Virus record (IMG/VR): IMGVR_UViG_3300028829_003504
Location: 124,001-188,000 of that record
Reading direction: 5' to 3' (one strand)
DNA length: 64,000 nucleotides
The position numbers and the translations under genes were made by a program. The notes beneath the pieces were generated by a model. That model was not told the origin of the DNA. It saw nothing but the letters and a program-made list of their open reading frames with translations, and did not search any database. Numbering within the stretch: the first letter of the stretch is position 1; every line of letters begins with the position of its first letter. Shown piece by piece: positions 52,534 to 63,008 of the stretch.

Positions 52534-54194
52534 TAGATATCTCCTAACTCAGGAAGTTCATTGACTAAGTCTTGCATTACTGATTTACTTAACTTAGCGA
52601 GGGCTTTACGAATGTTAGCAGGCGTCATACCCATCGACATACCTTCCTTGATGTTATTAAGGAACTTAGTATCTGAGGCTATTTGTTTTTTAGCGTCGTC
52701 TGGTCGTCCGCCTACCTTCAATGATCTAGTAACGGCATTGAACTTATTAGATGCGGCAGGTGTAGAAAAGAACTTGCTTCCGTCAGTAAATACAGAACTG
52801 ATAATTACTTTCTTAGCTGTATGTATTTGCATCTTAGCCATAAGACCATTAATGGAAATCACAGCCTGTTTGCCGTCTACGTAAGTTGTAATGTTAGCCT
52901 GGTTTGGATTCAGTATAGGTTCTATGTTCAAAATAGACGAGCTGGTATCAGTATTATTTTTAAGTTGCTTCAATAACTTAATAGCAACATCGAATGCAGT
53001 ACCTTTAGATTCGAACTGTACTGCGTCACGGCCATCAACAGCAGACTCAATATTCTTCATACCTGCTTTCTTCATTGCATCAGCCATGAACTCACCGAGC
53101 TCCGAGCCAATACCCTGAGCGATAGTATAGCCTTGAGCTAGCTCTTGGTTGATACGGCGTTGCTTGTCACTCAAGCCGGAGGTTAAAGCTTTGTTTTTCT
53201 TAACCTTCTTAGGTTGCTTCACACTAAGTATGTTGGCGTACGGTACTTTGAAAGGACCAGGCATGATAACTTCATCGTCATAAACCAAAGCATATTTTTT
53301 CAATGTTTTGTGTATTGCATCAGCCGTTCTAGTCTTTCCGTCTTCGTCAGTATATTCGAAAGATAAGACTCCATCAATGTCATCTTGGGTAAACTTAGGT
53401 GTAGGTTTACGGGCTTTAAGAACTTTATTAGCAGCTTTCTGGGCAGCTTTGTTTGAAGTATCAGAAACTTTATTAGCAACGCCCGTACCAGCAGCATTAC
53501 CTAATAAGGTATTGAACTTCATTACTTCTTTAAGATCTTTGTTGTACGCTGTCTGGGCGTCAAGTAACTTAGGAAGTTTAGAGGCTACAGCTTTCAATCT
53601 AGTACCTAACGTGTCAAAGCCTTTACGTTTCTTCAAACGGTCTATAGTACGTTGGTCGAAGGAGGCTTTAAGGAATGCACCTAAGTTATCAACTAATGCA
53701 GATTCGGCTTGACCTAATTTCTTTTTAAGCTTCAACAAGATATCGTACTGAGCAACAACTACTTTACCTTTAGCGCCCCATACTACCTTTGCAGTTTCTT
53801 GTTGATTCTTGGTAGATGACGTTGAAGACATCTTACCTGCTTCTTTACCCAACAAAGTACTAAAGGCGTTAAGACCTTTCATACCCTTGTCGTGTGCTTC
53901 ACGTAGGACAGCTAGCTTGGAGGCTTGTACCGCTACACGCTTTAATCTAACAGGTAAAGTATCGAAGCCTTTACGTTTCTTCAATTTAGCAATAGACTTA
54001 TCATCTAGTTCCGTTTTAAGAAATTCTGTAAGGGTAGATAGTAAACTATTTTCGTCTTCGCCTAACTTCTTTTTAAGTTTGATCAATGTGTCGAAGTTAG
54101 CAAGGAGGGTTTTTCCCTTAGCACCCCAAATAAGTTTAGCTGTTGCCTGCTGCTTCTTGTTGGCTGACTCTGAAATCAGTACATATCTAGCCAT
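52533..54194 (-). CDS. Basic protein with duplicated ~115-aa N-terminal domain, possibly virion-internal
   Basis: TAK..WGAKGK...LKKKLG...LKKRKGFDTL..RLK.VA occurs twice. Confidence 0.8.
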   Translation of the reverse strand: MARYVLISESANKKQQATAKLIWGAKGKTLLANFDTLIKLKKKLGEDENSLLSTLTEFLKTELDDKSIAKLKKRKGFDTLPVRLKRVAVQASKLAVLREAHDKGMKGLNAFSTLLGKEAGKMSSTSSTKNQQETAKVVWGAKGKVVVAQYDILLKLKKKLGQAESALVDNLGAFLKASFDQRTIDRLKKRKGFDTLGTRLKAVASKLPKLLDAQTAYNKDLKEVMKFNTLLGNAAGTGVANKVSDTSNKAAQKAANKVLKARKPTPKFTQDDIDGVLSFEYTDEDGKTRTADAIHKTLKKYALVYDDEVIMPGPFKVPYANILSVKQPKKVKKNKALTSGLSDKQRRINQELAQGYTIAQGIGSELGEFMADAMKKAGMKNIESAVDGRDAVQFESKGTAFDVAIKLLKQLKNNTDTSSSILNIEPILNPNQANITTYVDGKQAVISINGLMAKMQIHTAKKVIISSVFTDGSKFFSTPAASNKFNAVTRSLKVGGRPDDAKKQIASDTKFLNNIKEGMSMGMTPANIRKALAKLSKSVMQDLVNELPELGDI

Positions 54195-54642
54195 TATGTT
54201 CTCCCAATAGGTCTAAGGTTGATTTAATTTTTTTGTAGTTTACTGATATCGCTTGATATCGACAGGTACAGTACCGTTGTTGCTTAATTCTACTGATCTG
54301 TATATCTTCCAGCAACTCAGGTGAGCACATACCTAGTTGCTTATGCAAACGTTTTAATCCATGTACGGCATCTACGTAATCAGTTACAGATCTAACGTAT
54401 ACGAAGAAGTTGGAATAAAATGAGTTTGCATAGTTGTCCTTAAGTACAGCATTAACCAAATCAGGTGTGGCTGAATTCCTTTCAAAGAACTCGACCAAGA
54501 ATAAATATACACCTAATTCTCGGCTTAACTTCTCAGGGGCTCGCCCAAGAGACTCAAGGTTTTGTACGAATCGTCTATGATTGATAGGTCGCGGACGAAT
54601 AAATATACCAAAAGCATTATCTGTAATCAGATCGTGCTTCAT
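54187..54642 (-). CDS. Hypothetical protein
   Basis: 151 aa, AGGA RBS. Confidence 0.7.
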   Translation of the reverse strand: MKHDLITDNAFGIFIRPRPINHRRFVQNLESLGRAPEKLSRELGVYLFLVEFFERNSATPDLVNAVLKDNYANSFYSNFFVYVRSVTDYVDAVHGLKRLHKQLGMCSPELLEDIQISRIKQQRYCTCRYQAISVNYKKIKSTLDLLGEHNG

Positions 54643-54670
54643 AATGTTTCCTGTTTACTTGAATATATGT

Positions 54671-55798
54671 CTAAAGAGTTTCGTGGGTTATTTTATGTTC
54701 GGACTTCCGAACACCAAGTTTCTGGTATTCTTCATTCTTAATTATCTCAATGGTCTGCTCGAAAGTCGTTTCTTGCAGTTGGCCTTTATCGTGTACTTTC
54801 TTCCAAAGTTTAAGCCGCTTACGTAACTTATTAGGACTAAAGCATACGTCAAGCATTGGACAATCATCATACCCGTGCATATTCTTACGGTAATCACGCT
54901 CACAGCTACAAGGCTTCTGGTAGATAGATTCCTCGAAGGTATCTTCTTCCAAATCCTGTAACACAGCTTTATACCGTTTAACATTTTGCTTAATTACTTT
55001 GACGCTATGTTTATCCCATTTATCAGACCATGGGGCATTGTACTCATAAAACATAAAAGGATTATCGCGAGGCATATAGATTAAAGAGAAGCCTCTAATA
55101 TTCATCTTATGTTTCTTTTTCAAAATGTAAGCATATACAGGTAGTTGAGCCAGATGTTTTTTCTCAGGGAAATTCTTATCACCGTCTACTACTTTCTTCA
55201 AGCCCGTTGTCTTATAATCTACAACCCAATAACCACCACCCATACTCTTGGGTAACTTCCAAACCCCGTCTATATGGCCGGTAAGTCCTTTGTAGGATAC
55301 CTCAAGTTCTATATAGAACATAGGTATCTTACACTTAGGGCATATATTATCACAACTAAACTTTCGCGTAAGCTTACCTTCTTTAACCATTTGACCGTCT
55401 GCGGTCTTTATGTCACAAGCTGCTTTACCGTGCTTACATTTAGGATTCAAGCATTTCCAATGTCCAAATTGGACTTTGGTCAGACCCATGAAAAGCTGAC
55501 TAATCTCATGTACCGCGGTACCGACACCAGTAAAGTAATCCATACTAAATTTACGTTCAGCTATGTGGTGCCCTAGTGTAGCACCTCTATATTTCTGCAT
55601 CCATACTTTTACAGAACATTGAGGAAAGCTAGAAGGTCTTAATTCAGGTCCTCGACCCATCGGATGTAAAAACGATGACTCAAGACAATCCATGAATGTT
55701 TTACTAACCCAGGAGTCACTATTAGGGTTATACTTGGTTCTTGCTGTATTGCTTTTGTTTTTAGTGGCTATAGCACCACCACCAATTCGCCTAGACAT
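54671..55798 (-). CDS. Cas4-like PD-(D/E)xK exonuclease
   Basis: LRPSSFPQC, GTAVH, GHIDG, VVDYKTT, QLPVY, C-terminal C...CP...C; internal Zn-finger insert. Confidence 0.85.
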   Translation of the reverse strand: MSRRIGGGAIATKNKSNTARTKYNPNSDSWVSKTFMDCLESSFLHPMGRGPELRPSSFPQCSVKVWMQKYRGATLGHHIAERKFSMDYFTGVGTAVHEISQLFMGLTKVQFGHWKCLNPKCKHGKAACDIKTADGQMVKEGKLTRKFSCDNICPKCKIPMFYIELEVSYKGLTGHIDGVWKLPKSMGGGYWVVDYKTTGLKKVVDGDKNFPEKKHLAQLPVYAYILKKKHKMNIRGFSLIYMPRDNPFMFYEYNAPWSDKWDKHSVKVIKQNVKRYKAVLQDLEEDTFEESIYQKPCSCERDYRKNMHGYDDCPMLDVCFSPNKLRKRLKLWKKVHDKGQLQETTFEQTIEIIKNEEYQKLGVRKSEHKITHETL

Positions 55799-56113
55799 TT
55801 ATTTTACCCGCGCTTTTAGGGCCGTCGAGTCACTGAAAGCCGTTATATCTATAATAGTTTTACTATCGAGATGGAAAGCTTGTATAAAGATACCAGCCAA
55901 TGAGCAGGAGGCTAACAGAGAGGCTTTTGATTCTACTACCGCTGCTAGTTCCCTAGATGATTTTACAGTATTAGGTATGTCATACCCTATTACTCTATTA
56001 TCATTAGCCTTTATCTCATATTCATTAATATTAGGTATATGTGGAACTAGTATAGCGCGTAGTTTCTGTGTAGGTATCCCTACAATGCGAGTTTCAGTTT
56101 TTATTAACTGCAT
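55799..56113 (-). CDS. Hypothetical protein
   Basis: 104 aa, abuts the next gene. Confidence 0.65.
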   Translation of the reverse strand: MQLIKTETRIVGIPTQKLRAILVPHIPNINEYEIKANDNRVIGYDIPNTVKSSRELAAVVESKASLLASCSLAGIFIQAFHLDSKTIIDITAFSDSTALKARVK

Positions 56114-56116
56114 AAG

Positions 56117-56548
56117 CTAAACCTGACGGGTGTATGCACCCGTATATAGTTGACTAGGGCAGTACCTAACAGCATCTTCACTAGTTAGTTGCTCGCCAAA
56201 CCAATTAGCCAGCAATGGGTGTGCGTTAATGAAATGCGTGGCTTGCTTTACTAGAGCGGGCTTTGCTTCTGGCGGAAAGATGAAATGACAATCCCCAGTT
56301 ACGAATATTTTTCGAGCCATAATGTCATCGGCCAGTAGGGCATCCACAGACAACTTACTGCGGATGTTTGTACCTAAGGCATCTACGATATGTTGAGCCT
56401 GTCCTCTGTCTACGCCTTTCCCTTTGAGGAATACGAATAGGCGTAAGCATACATGTTGTGCGTGGTGGCCTCTAGTTTTATATAGATAGCTTTTCGGCAG
56501 CATATCCGCTGTGGCTGGTCCTGGCATATTAATAGCAACTGGTAACAT
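56117..56548 (-). CDS. Hypothetical protein
   Basis: 143 aa, GGAG RBS, GTAATTTA upstream. Confidence 0.7.
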   Translation of the reverse strand: MLPVAINMPGPATADMLPKSYLYKTRGHHAQHVCLRLFVFLKGKGVDRGQAQHIVDALGTNIRSKLSVDALLADDIMARKIFVTGDCHFIFPPEAKPALVKQATHFINAHPLLANWFGEQLTSEDAVRYCPSQLYTGAYTRQV

Positions 56549-56612
56549 AGTAGATCTCCATGATCTGTAAATACATAAGAGTATATATAAATTACGAAAT
56601 TAAGGCTCACCT

Positions 56613-57701
56613 ATGTCCAAAGAAGAAATAGATGCACATAGTACAATTATGTCAGAACTCAGCAGTGTCCGGGGTTGGAAGAAAGTAGCCGGGGATACCT
56701 TAATGTGCCAGTGTCCTTTCCACGAGGACAAAAGTCCAAGCTGCGGAGTATACACAGCAGTAGGTATGGAAATACCTTTAGGGTTCTTTAACTGCTTTGG
56801 GTGCGGAGAAAAAGGTCCTTGGAATAAGTTTGCAGAAAAGCTAGGGCTGAAGACTATAGCTGGATGGCAGATGATTGAAGGTGAAGGGGCTAACCTAACA
56901 TCTAGATATAGGAAAAACTCGGATAAGCTACTTACATTAGATACGAAGACGTTCAAGTCATTGATGCGGAGTATAGGAGATGTACCGAATTTCCCATGGT
57001 CCCATAAGACTGAATGGCGAGGATATCCAGGTAAGCTGATTAAAGATTGTGAAGGGCAGTATCTAGTAGAGTCCTGGAAAGAGGATACAGATAACCTTAT
57101 GTGCTTCTTCCCAGTAGCGATAGGTAAAAAGTACTACGGTGGTATACGTGCCTACATGATCAAGCCTGCGGGAGGTATGTCGTATGTTAATACAAAAGGT
57201 GATTGGGTTAAAAATCACGGACTGTTCCCGTACAACTTAACCGCTAAGATGATTAGACAATACGGATTGAACTACGTAGTGTTGACAGAGGGGCCACGTG
57301 ATGCTCTTAGATTAATTGCGGCCGGAATACCCGCAATGGCTATACTTGGAGGGCATAACTTCACAGCAACCAAACTAAGTCTAGTTTTAAAACTAGGTCT
57401 CGATTCAGTTTTTGTAATGTCCGATAACGACAAAGCAGGAAAGCAAATGAGGAAGTTAATTAAGAAAACATGCTATGATGCAGATGTAGCGTTCAAGGCG
57501 TTAAGACTTCCTGAAGATTATAATGAAAAAGATAAGTTGATTAAGATGGACCCCGATGATGCTCCGAACAGTGTCATCAGGGAAGTACGTAAGTATCTTA
57601 GAAGTGAAGCAGGCGGCCTATTACCTAGGAATGACGCGTATAAGCGTATACCTAAGCGTAAAGGATGCAAAGGCAGGAAAGCGTTGGAGATCAAGAAGTA
57701 A
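56613..57701 (+). CDS. dnaG: DnaG-type DNA primase
   Basis: CHC2 finger CPFHEDKSPS...FNCFGCG; TOPRIM LTEGPRDAL, A.LG, SDNDKAG, KMDP. Confidence 0.92.
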   Translation: MSKEEIDAHSTIMSELSSVRGWKKVAGDTLMCQCPFHEDKSPSCGVYTAVGMEIPLGFFNCFGCGEKGPWNKFAEKLGLKTIAGWQMIEGEGANLTSRYRKNSDKLLTLDTKTFKSLMRSIGDVPNFPWSHKTEWRGYPGKLIKDCEGQYLVESWKEDTDNLMCFFPVAIGKKYYGGIRAYMIKPAGGMSYVNTKGDWVKNHGLFPYNLTAKMIRQYGLNYVVLTEGPRDALRLIAAGIPAMAILGGHNFTATKLSLVLKLGLDSVFVMSDNDKAGKQMRKLIKKTCYDADVAFKALRLPEDYNEKDKLIKMDPDDAPNSVIREVRKYLRSEAGGLLPRNDAYKRIPKRKGCKGRKALEIKK

Positions 57702-57706
57702 ACAAT

Positions 57707-57740
57707 AAGCCCAGCATCTTTTAGGTGTCTGGGCTTTTTT
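57707..57740 (+). terminator. Intrinsic terminator between convergent genes
   Basis: AAGCCCAG-CATCTTTTAGGTGT-CTGGGCTT then TTTT. Confidence 0.75.
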
Positions 57741-58176
57741 GTACTTGTAAAGGGACAAACATAGTCCAATAGTATAGCTCCTCAGATTTAACTACATCGA
57801 CCCCTAAATGAGCTTTGCTAGGGTTCGGGTCGTGTACCACTATGCCCTCACTGTTAATCAATACTGCGTGGAATCCTCGCGCAAAAGACCTACTTTTAAC
57901 ACTTGCGTAGATACATCCTTGAATCAAAAACTCCTCACGTAAATCCGCATAAGTTTCTTCTTTATTAGGCGCTAGCTCTCTAGTTCCTTCAACCTCATAT
58001 CCTTTTGCCTCCATGAAGTCCATAAACTTAAGTAACCACTTAGATGTATCTTCTTCACATACGTAGTCTATGAAGTTAGGTACTTCGTCTAGTCTAAGTT
58101 CTAGCAGGCTGGCTACTGCTGCCTGCATACAATTACCTATATCTTTATCTACTACTGTTTGATATACGGGTTTCAT
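57721..58176 (-). CDS. Papain/C39-like fold protein
   Basis: Q...GNCMQAAVASLL, FHAVL, HDPNP (Cys-His-Asp arrangement). Confidence 0.6.
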   Translation of the reverse strand: MKPVYQTVVDKDIGNCMQAAVASLLELRLDEVPNFIDYVCEEDTSKWLLKFMDFMEAKGYEVEGTRELAPNKEETYADLREEFLIQGCIYASVKSRSFARGFHAVLINSEGIVVHDPNPSKAHLGVDVVKSEELYYWTMFVPLQVQKSPDT

Positions 58177-58194
58177 TTTGGTTCCTCAGATAAT

Positions 58195-58221
58195 AAAAAA
58201 CCCAGATACAATACTGGGTTT
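58195..58221 (-). terminator. Intrinsic terminator
   Basis: AAACCCAG-TATTGTAT-CTGGGTTT then TTT on the minus strand. Confidence 0.7.
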
Positions 58222-58245
58222 GGTGTACTTAACAAGGGAGGTAGA

Positions 58246-58938
58246 TTAACCTAAGTTAATGCCGTCAACGTCTGTATTATCGTCTTCTAAAGCTTCTAAA
58301 GCTAACTTAGTTAGACTAGATCCAGTTACGTTATCAGCTATGTATTTTAAATCAGATTCAGAGAACTCACCCATGCGTGTACGGAAAGCATTCACAAGAG
58401 TTTCTTCAGGCTCACCGCCTTCTTCACGGGCAACGATAGATAGAGCCATATCGGAAGCCTGACGTTCGTGGTCCATAGAAGACTCACTAGATTTACGTGC
58501 GCCGTCTAAGTCAAGACCTTCTTCTTCGGACAAGCTGGCGGTTGCTACTGAGCCTGTGGCTGCAAGTACAGAATCGTACTCAGCACGGCATTCAGGACGC
58601 TTAAGTGCATCTTCGGCTCCAATAAAACCAAGTTTAGCTTTTTCGTCAGAGACGTTAGCCATAACAATAGTTATAACACCTTTACGAAGTAACGCTTTGA
58701 ATTCCGTAGAATTAATTAGCTTCTCACGCTGCGCCTGCTCAGTAAGGTCTACTGGAATCCATGTCGCTGGAACCTTAACTGTTTGAGGACTGCCTAACTC
58801 ACCCATACAAGAGAAAAGTATTTGACCTTTGTTACGCTTCATCGTATTAACGATAAATAAGGCCGAACCTGTTTCATCTTTAGTCTCTTTAATGTAAGTA
58901 GATAACTCTACGTTACGAAGTTTAATTTTTTTACTCAT
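58246..58938 (-). CDS. Hypothetical protein
   Basis: 230 aa, AGGAG RBS; VPATWIPVDLT motif. Confidence 0.75.
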   Translation of the reverse strand: MSKKIKLRNVELSTYIKETKDETGSALFIVNTMKRNKGQILFSCMGELGSPQTVKVPATWIPVDLTEQAQREKLINSTEFKALLRKGVITIVMANVSDEKAKLGFIGAEDALKRPECRAEYDSVLAATGSVATASLSEEEGLDLDGARKSSESSMDHERQASDMALSIVAREEGGEPEETLVNAFRTRMGEFSESDLKYIADNVTGSSLTKLALEALEDDNTDVDGINLG

Positions 58939-58976
58939 TCTAACACTCCTAGCTGTTTAGCTTTTGCTGTTTTTGA

Positions 58977-59573
58977 TTAACACATACGTTGGACATCAAG
59001 TTGGACTTTGGCTAATTTCTTAGGCACTAAGTCTAACATGTTTTTTAAATTAACATCGGAATTCTTATTTTGCACGTTTGACTCCATATACTCTTCTAAG
59101 ATGTTCTCGTCCAGGATGAATCTTAGCATCCAGGGTTTAAACTTCAATCGCTTAATACGTAGAGGGTACGATGATATAAGGTCGTCAACTCTTTGCGATA
59201 CACCGGCTTCGTACTCAAGACCTTCATCTTCAGGAAACTTTTCATCTATATAGAATATAAAGTACTGTAGTATGATTATATTACGCACCCGAGCTACGGC
59301 CAGTTTACGTTTAGTGTTGACATTTCTTTGGGTGACAGGCCCTCCTTTGAACTTATAGTGGTAGAGTTCAATATCAGTAATTGCCTTGCTGCTACTCTCT
59401 TTTCTATCAAGAGACAAACAGCCCCTAGAGGTTTCCGTTGTGTAGTATTGGCAACTCCGAATAGAACACTTACCTATGTACGCGAAAAAGTCCTGCTCAG
59501 GGCAACTATTTACCTCAGTCGTATTAACTACAGGTATCTCTTGATCTTCGAGTCTAAACTTCTTACGAGCCAC
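58977..59573 (-). CDS. Hypothetical Cys-containing protein
   Basis: CP...CSIRSCQY...GC; GTG start with AGGAG RBS. Confidence 0.7.
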   Translation of the reverse strand: MARKKFRLEDQEIPVVNTTEVNSCPEQDFFAYIGKCSIRSCQYYTTETSRGCLSLDRKESSSKAITDIELYHYKFKGGPVTQRNVNTKRKLAVARVRNIIILQYFIFYIDEKFPEDEGLEYEAGVSQRVDDLISSYPLRIKRLKFKPWMLRFILDENILEEYMESNVQNKNSDVNLKNMLDLVPKKLAKVQLDVQRMC

Positions 59574-59609
59574 GGGTCGTCTCCTTTACAGTTGTTCCAA
59601 AGTATATGT

Positions 59610-60269
59610 TTACAGTTTAGGGCAATCCTTGAACATAGACATAAAGGTATCGAAGTAACTTTCAGTATCAAAGATTTCAAAGTCGTCTATACCGAAATGC
59701 TGATGCAATCCATAGACACCTATCAAGGTAGAATCCAGTTGATGTTCAGTAGGTCCTTCATAAGTCTTAGCTTTAGAAGTTAGGCCTTGGTTTTTATACT
59801 CATGCTTCAAGTCAAACTTCTTGTTGGCTCTATTCTTCCAAGTAGCAGCAGTAATAAACCGAGGGTACTTAGGACCAAGGTGATTAAACATGCTAGTTAT
59901 TCTCCCTAAGCCCATATTTATAGCTTCGATTGTACTGCCTCCATTGCCTCTGGATTGAAAACGCTCCATGTAAACAATCCCTATATCAAAAGGATGTAGA
60001 AGTTTAGTTAAATTTTCCTCGAAAGCCATAAGCTCCGCTTGGGCTTCAACTACGTTATATAGTAGTTTATCGTGAGCCAACATGCCTGTACCTAATATCT
60101 CAATCTCAAGTCTCTTACTGACTAGTTTGCGTTTGTGCTTCTTTCCATCGACCACTATATCCTTATAGGTAATTTCGCTTATACATCTGCCTTTTAAAAC
60201 AGTGATGGCAAAATTCTTCGTACCGGGATCAGCACTGAACATTGTTATCTCTTCGACTTTAGTTGTCAT
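59610..60269 (-). CDS. RuvC-like Holliday junction resolvase
   Basis: SADPGTKNFAI, YMERFQ, AATWKN, HQLDS. Confidence 0.8.
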   Translation of the reverse strand: MTTKVEEITMFSADPGTKNFAITVLKGRCISEITYKDIVVDGKKHKRKLVSKRLEIEILGTGMLAHDKLLYNVVEAQAELMAFEENLTKLLHPFDIGIVYMERFQSRGNGGSTIEAINMGLGRITSMFNHLGPKYPRFITAATWKNRANKKFDLKHEYKNQGLTSKAKTYEGPTEHQLDSTLIGVYGLHQHFGIDDFEIFDTESYFDTFMSMFKDCPKL

Positions 60270-60284
60270 GTTAAATCCTATGCT

Positions 60285-60944
60285 CTAAGGTTTTTCAAGT
60301 TTGCGACTAATTAGGTCTAGGGCTTTAAGCACTTCATCCATCTTATTGAAAGACTCAGCAACCTGTTGAGCATTACGTATGTTAATCTGCTGCTGTTTAC
60401 TGTTGAATTCTTTAACTTGCCTAGCTAAGTCTTCTAGTTGTAGTGCTTGTAGCTTCTGTTCGGTTATTGAGGAGTCAAAACGAGATATTACCTCGTCAGC
60501 CTTATCCTGTAGTTCTTCCTGTTGATCTTTAATCAACGCGGTTTCTTCGGCACTTTTCTGTATAAACCTCTCGGTAGAATCTTGCGCCTGCTTTAATTTC
60601 TCGTCAAACACCTGAGACTGTCCATTAATCTGGGCTGCTACTATTTCCCGATTAGCATCCTTCATTGTAGTGACTAACGTATTAAGCATATCTGGATTGA
60701 TGCCTGTCTGGGCTAAAACTGTATGAATACCTGTAACCTGATTTCCTATATCTCTAAGAATCTCAGTGTCTCTTTTCTGTAGCTGTTCTATGCTACCTTT
60801 AAGACTTACGTGTGTATCTTTGGTGTTAGCCCAGACTGCACTAACTCCCCATACACTTAAAGCACTAGTTATTCCTAAGATAGAAATCAATAGAGGTACG
60901 CCTTTTTTCATCTTACCTTTATTATCCATAATACCAAAAATCAT
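60285..60944 (-). CDS. N-terminally anchored coiled-coil membrane protein
   Basis: TM segment VPLLISILGITSALSVWGVSAVWA then long coiled coil. Confidence 0.7.
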   Translation of the reverse strand: MIFGIMDNKGKMKKGVPLLISILGITSALSVWGVSAVWANTKDTHVSLKGSIEQLQKRDTEILRDIGNQVTGIHTVLAQTGINPDMLNTLVTTMKDANREIVAAQINGQSQVFDEKLKQAQDSTERFIQKSAEETALIKDQQEELQDKADEVISRFDSSITEQKLQALQLEDLARQVKEFNSKQQQINIRNAQQVAESFNKMDEVLKALDLISRKLEKP

Positions 60945-60975
60945 ATTTAGGTTCTCGCATTTATTAGGTATAGTA

Positions 60976-61002
60976 TAAATTACGTCCTTATCTTCTAATT
61001 TA
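60976..61002. promoter_or_regulatory. Divergent TAATTTA motifs (putative late promoters)
   Basis: GTAATTTA on minus (60976-60983) and CTAATTTA on plus (60995-61002); other minus copies at 6490, 46164, 56588. Confidence 0.5.
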
Positions 61003-61034
61003 TATTCATAATCACAAAGAGTAAGGGTTTATTT

Positions 61035-62255
61035 ATGACGTGGATAAAACGAGGAGCTGCCAGAAGGCCTAGGAAGAATGCTAGAAACTTCACACAAGTT
61101 TCCGCACAGAAAAGAATGGACGAGACAGTAGACGCATTCCACCAGAAGATTGAGAATGCTTTATTTGTTAACTCCAGAGCGGCTATAATATTTAAGCAAA
61201 CTAAAATAGGAATGGGCCGACCGTGCACATGTAACAAAGTAGAGTCACTAGGAGAATACGATGAAGTCATGGACGTTGATTCGGATGATCTTCAAGAAAG
61301 AACTAGAGACGCTTCACCTACCGCCCCTATACTTGCGCCGCAGTCAAGTCCCATGGATGGCGTTGAGATTAGGGTAAATAATGACAATTTCTTCGGAGAT
61401 ATAGGCATAGCTGAGAAACATGACCACATAGGAGATGCTGACCAGAACGGTGCCATAGAACTAGGGGACTTAAATAGAGATAGTAAATTGTATAACTTAG
61501 ATCACATGGACAGAAGCTCTATTGAGGACCTAGACCCAGCACTGCAAGCTATATATGAGGAGAATATATTCTCAGGTGCTACACTTAACTGTGGTATTTG
61601 CTTTAGGACAGGGTTTCAGCCCGGCTTCGAAGTACCAGGATATCACTATGAAGTTAAAACAAACTACGATATAGTGGATTCACGAGGCTATCACGTAGAC
61701 GTGTCGGCACACCCTGCTCAGTTCCAGAAGCAAGCAGAGGATGGTTTCATCGACTTCGAAGTGCTGGTGCCTTTGTTTTACACGGAATGTACGTTCAGTG
61801 TTAGAGATAACGAAGATGTCCTGGGGCGTGTTCTTATATATGAGGCAGGGGATGACTCAACTAGCAAGAAGCCTATAAGTAAAGAGTACTTTAATGAGTT
61901 CAGAGGTAAACATGTACGTATTAGGGTATATGAAAGTAACTTCACCCATGTATCTATCTGTTTCGATTTAGGCATGGAACCTATTTATGTTAACCTTAGT
62001 GAAGAGGCTCAGACTCTAGACTTTGAACGTGATATAACCTCAGGCAACCCCACTGTTATCTTACCTGCCCGTATAGGCGTATTAAATGTAGGAGATGTCA
62101 TTATTATACCCGATAGAAACTACTCGTTGAAAATTACGGATGCTCCGCGTAAGCAATTAGCTGACCGAGTAATAATTGAATGGGCTGTTAATACTAGGAC
62201 ATTGCAAACCAATGAGGCGTTACGGAATATCCATAAGGGATATAAGCTAAAGTAA
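61035..62255 (+). CDS. Hypothetical protein with split Zn finger, possibly virion neck/head-completion
   Basis: RPCTC ... CGICFRTGF; beta-rich C-terminus; TAATTTA upstream. Function is a weak inference. Confidence 0.65.
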   Translation: MTWIKRGAARRPRKNARNFTQVSAQKRMDETVDAFHQKIENALFVNSRAAIIFKQTKIGMGRPCTCNKVESLGEYDEVMDVDSDDLQERTRDASPTAPILAPQSSPMDGVEIRVNNDNFFGDIGIAEKHDHIGDADQNGAIELGDLNRDSKLYNLDHMDRSSIEDLDPALQAIYEENIFSGATLNCGICFRTGFQPGFEVPGYHYEVKTNYDIVDSRGYHVDVSAHPAQFQKQAEDGFIDFEVLVPLFYTECTFSVRDNEDVLGRVLIYEAGDDSTSKKPISKEYFNEFRGKHVRIRVYESNFTHVSICFDLGMEPIYVNLSEEAQTLDFERDITSGNPTVILPARIGVLNVGDVIIIPDRNYSLKITDAPRKQLADRVIIEWAVNTRTLQTNEALRNIHKGYKLK

Positions 62256-63008
62256 ATCTAGATAATAAGAAATGATCTACAATAAACTGGTCATTTTTTG
62301 GACGGTCAGGTTAAATAATTTTAGTTTGAAAAACCCCCACGCTTAGATTGAGCATATACGTACGCCTGTGTAGCATATAGGGCAGTATAGGTCGACTAAA
62401 ACTAAATGGTTAATGTAATCAACCACTTACGATTTATTTTACACTAAAATTCAGGAAAAAGCCAACCCGGAATTGGCAGATATAGCATTCTACGTGGTTT
62501 AGGGTATAGCAGAGTACTTCTACCGTACGCCGGGGTCTAGATCGAGGTTTCTAAAAAGTTGGTTTAGGGCATTCTGTAAAGTGAGTGCAACGAGTATGAT
62601 GTTCTAAGCCATCAGAAACAAAAGACCACAAGGGTCCAAAGAGAGAAAAAAGAAAGCACGATCAGAACGTCGAGCGGGGAACCCGCTTGACGACAAACGC
62701 GATTAACAAAGAAACAATGCAAAACCCCGCAGACGATTACAACGATGCAAAGACCCTTGAGAAAACGGCGAGAAGGACCATTGCGCCCTTAAAAGGACCT
62801 TCGGTTTTACCTATTAAAAGGAGATCTAAGTACCTTGGTTCTCAATAGACTAATGGATCGTTTTCGGTAATAGGTTTATTGTTTATTGGGAGGTTTAGTT
62901 AAGAAAGAGATCGACCAAAGGTCTCCTCTTCCAACGGAGGTACCCTCCGACTATTATCTTTCTGTAAAGTATAATCATTAATATGATAATGATAATAGAG
63001 ATCTCCTT
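62256..63008. other. 750-nt non-coding structured region (origin or ncRNA candidate)
   Basis: No ORF; hairpins CGTCGAGCGGG/CCCGCTTGACG and CGGAGG/CCTCCG; long-range CAAGGGTC/GACCCTTG and ACCTATTA/TAATAGGT; A-rich plus strand. Confidence 0.5.

Noticed and set aside
54671-55798. Cas4 as sign of a CRISPR-Cas locus
   Set aside because: No cas1/cas2 and no repeat-spacer array seen; solo Cas4-like nucleases are common in phage replication modules.
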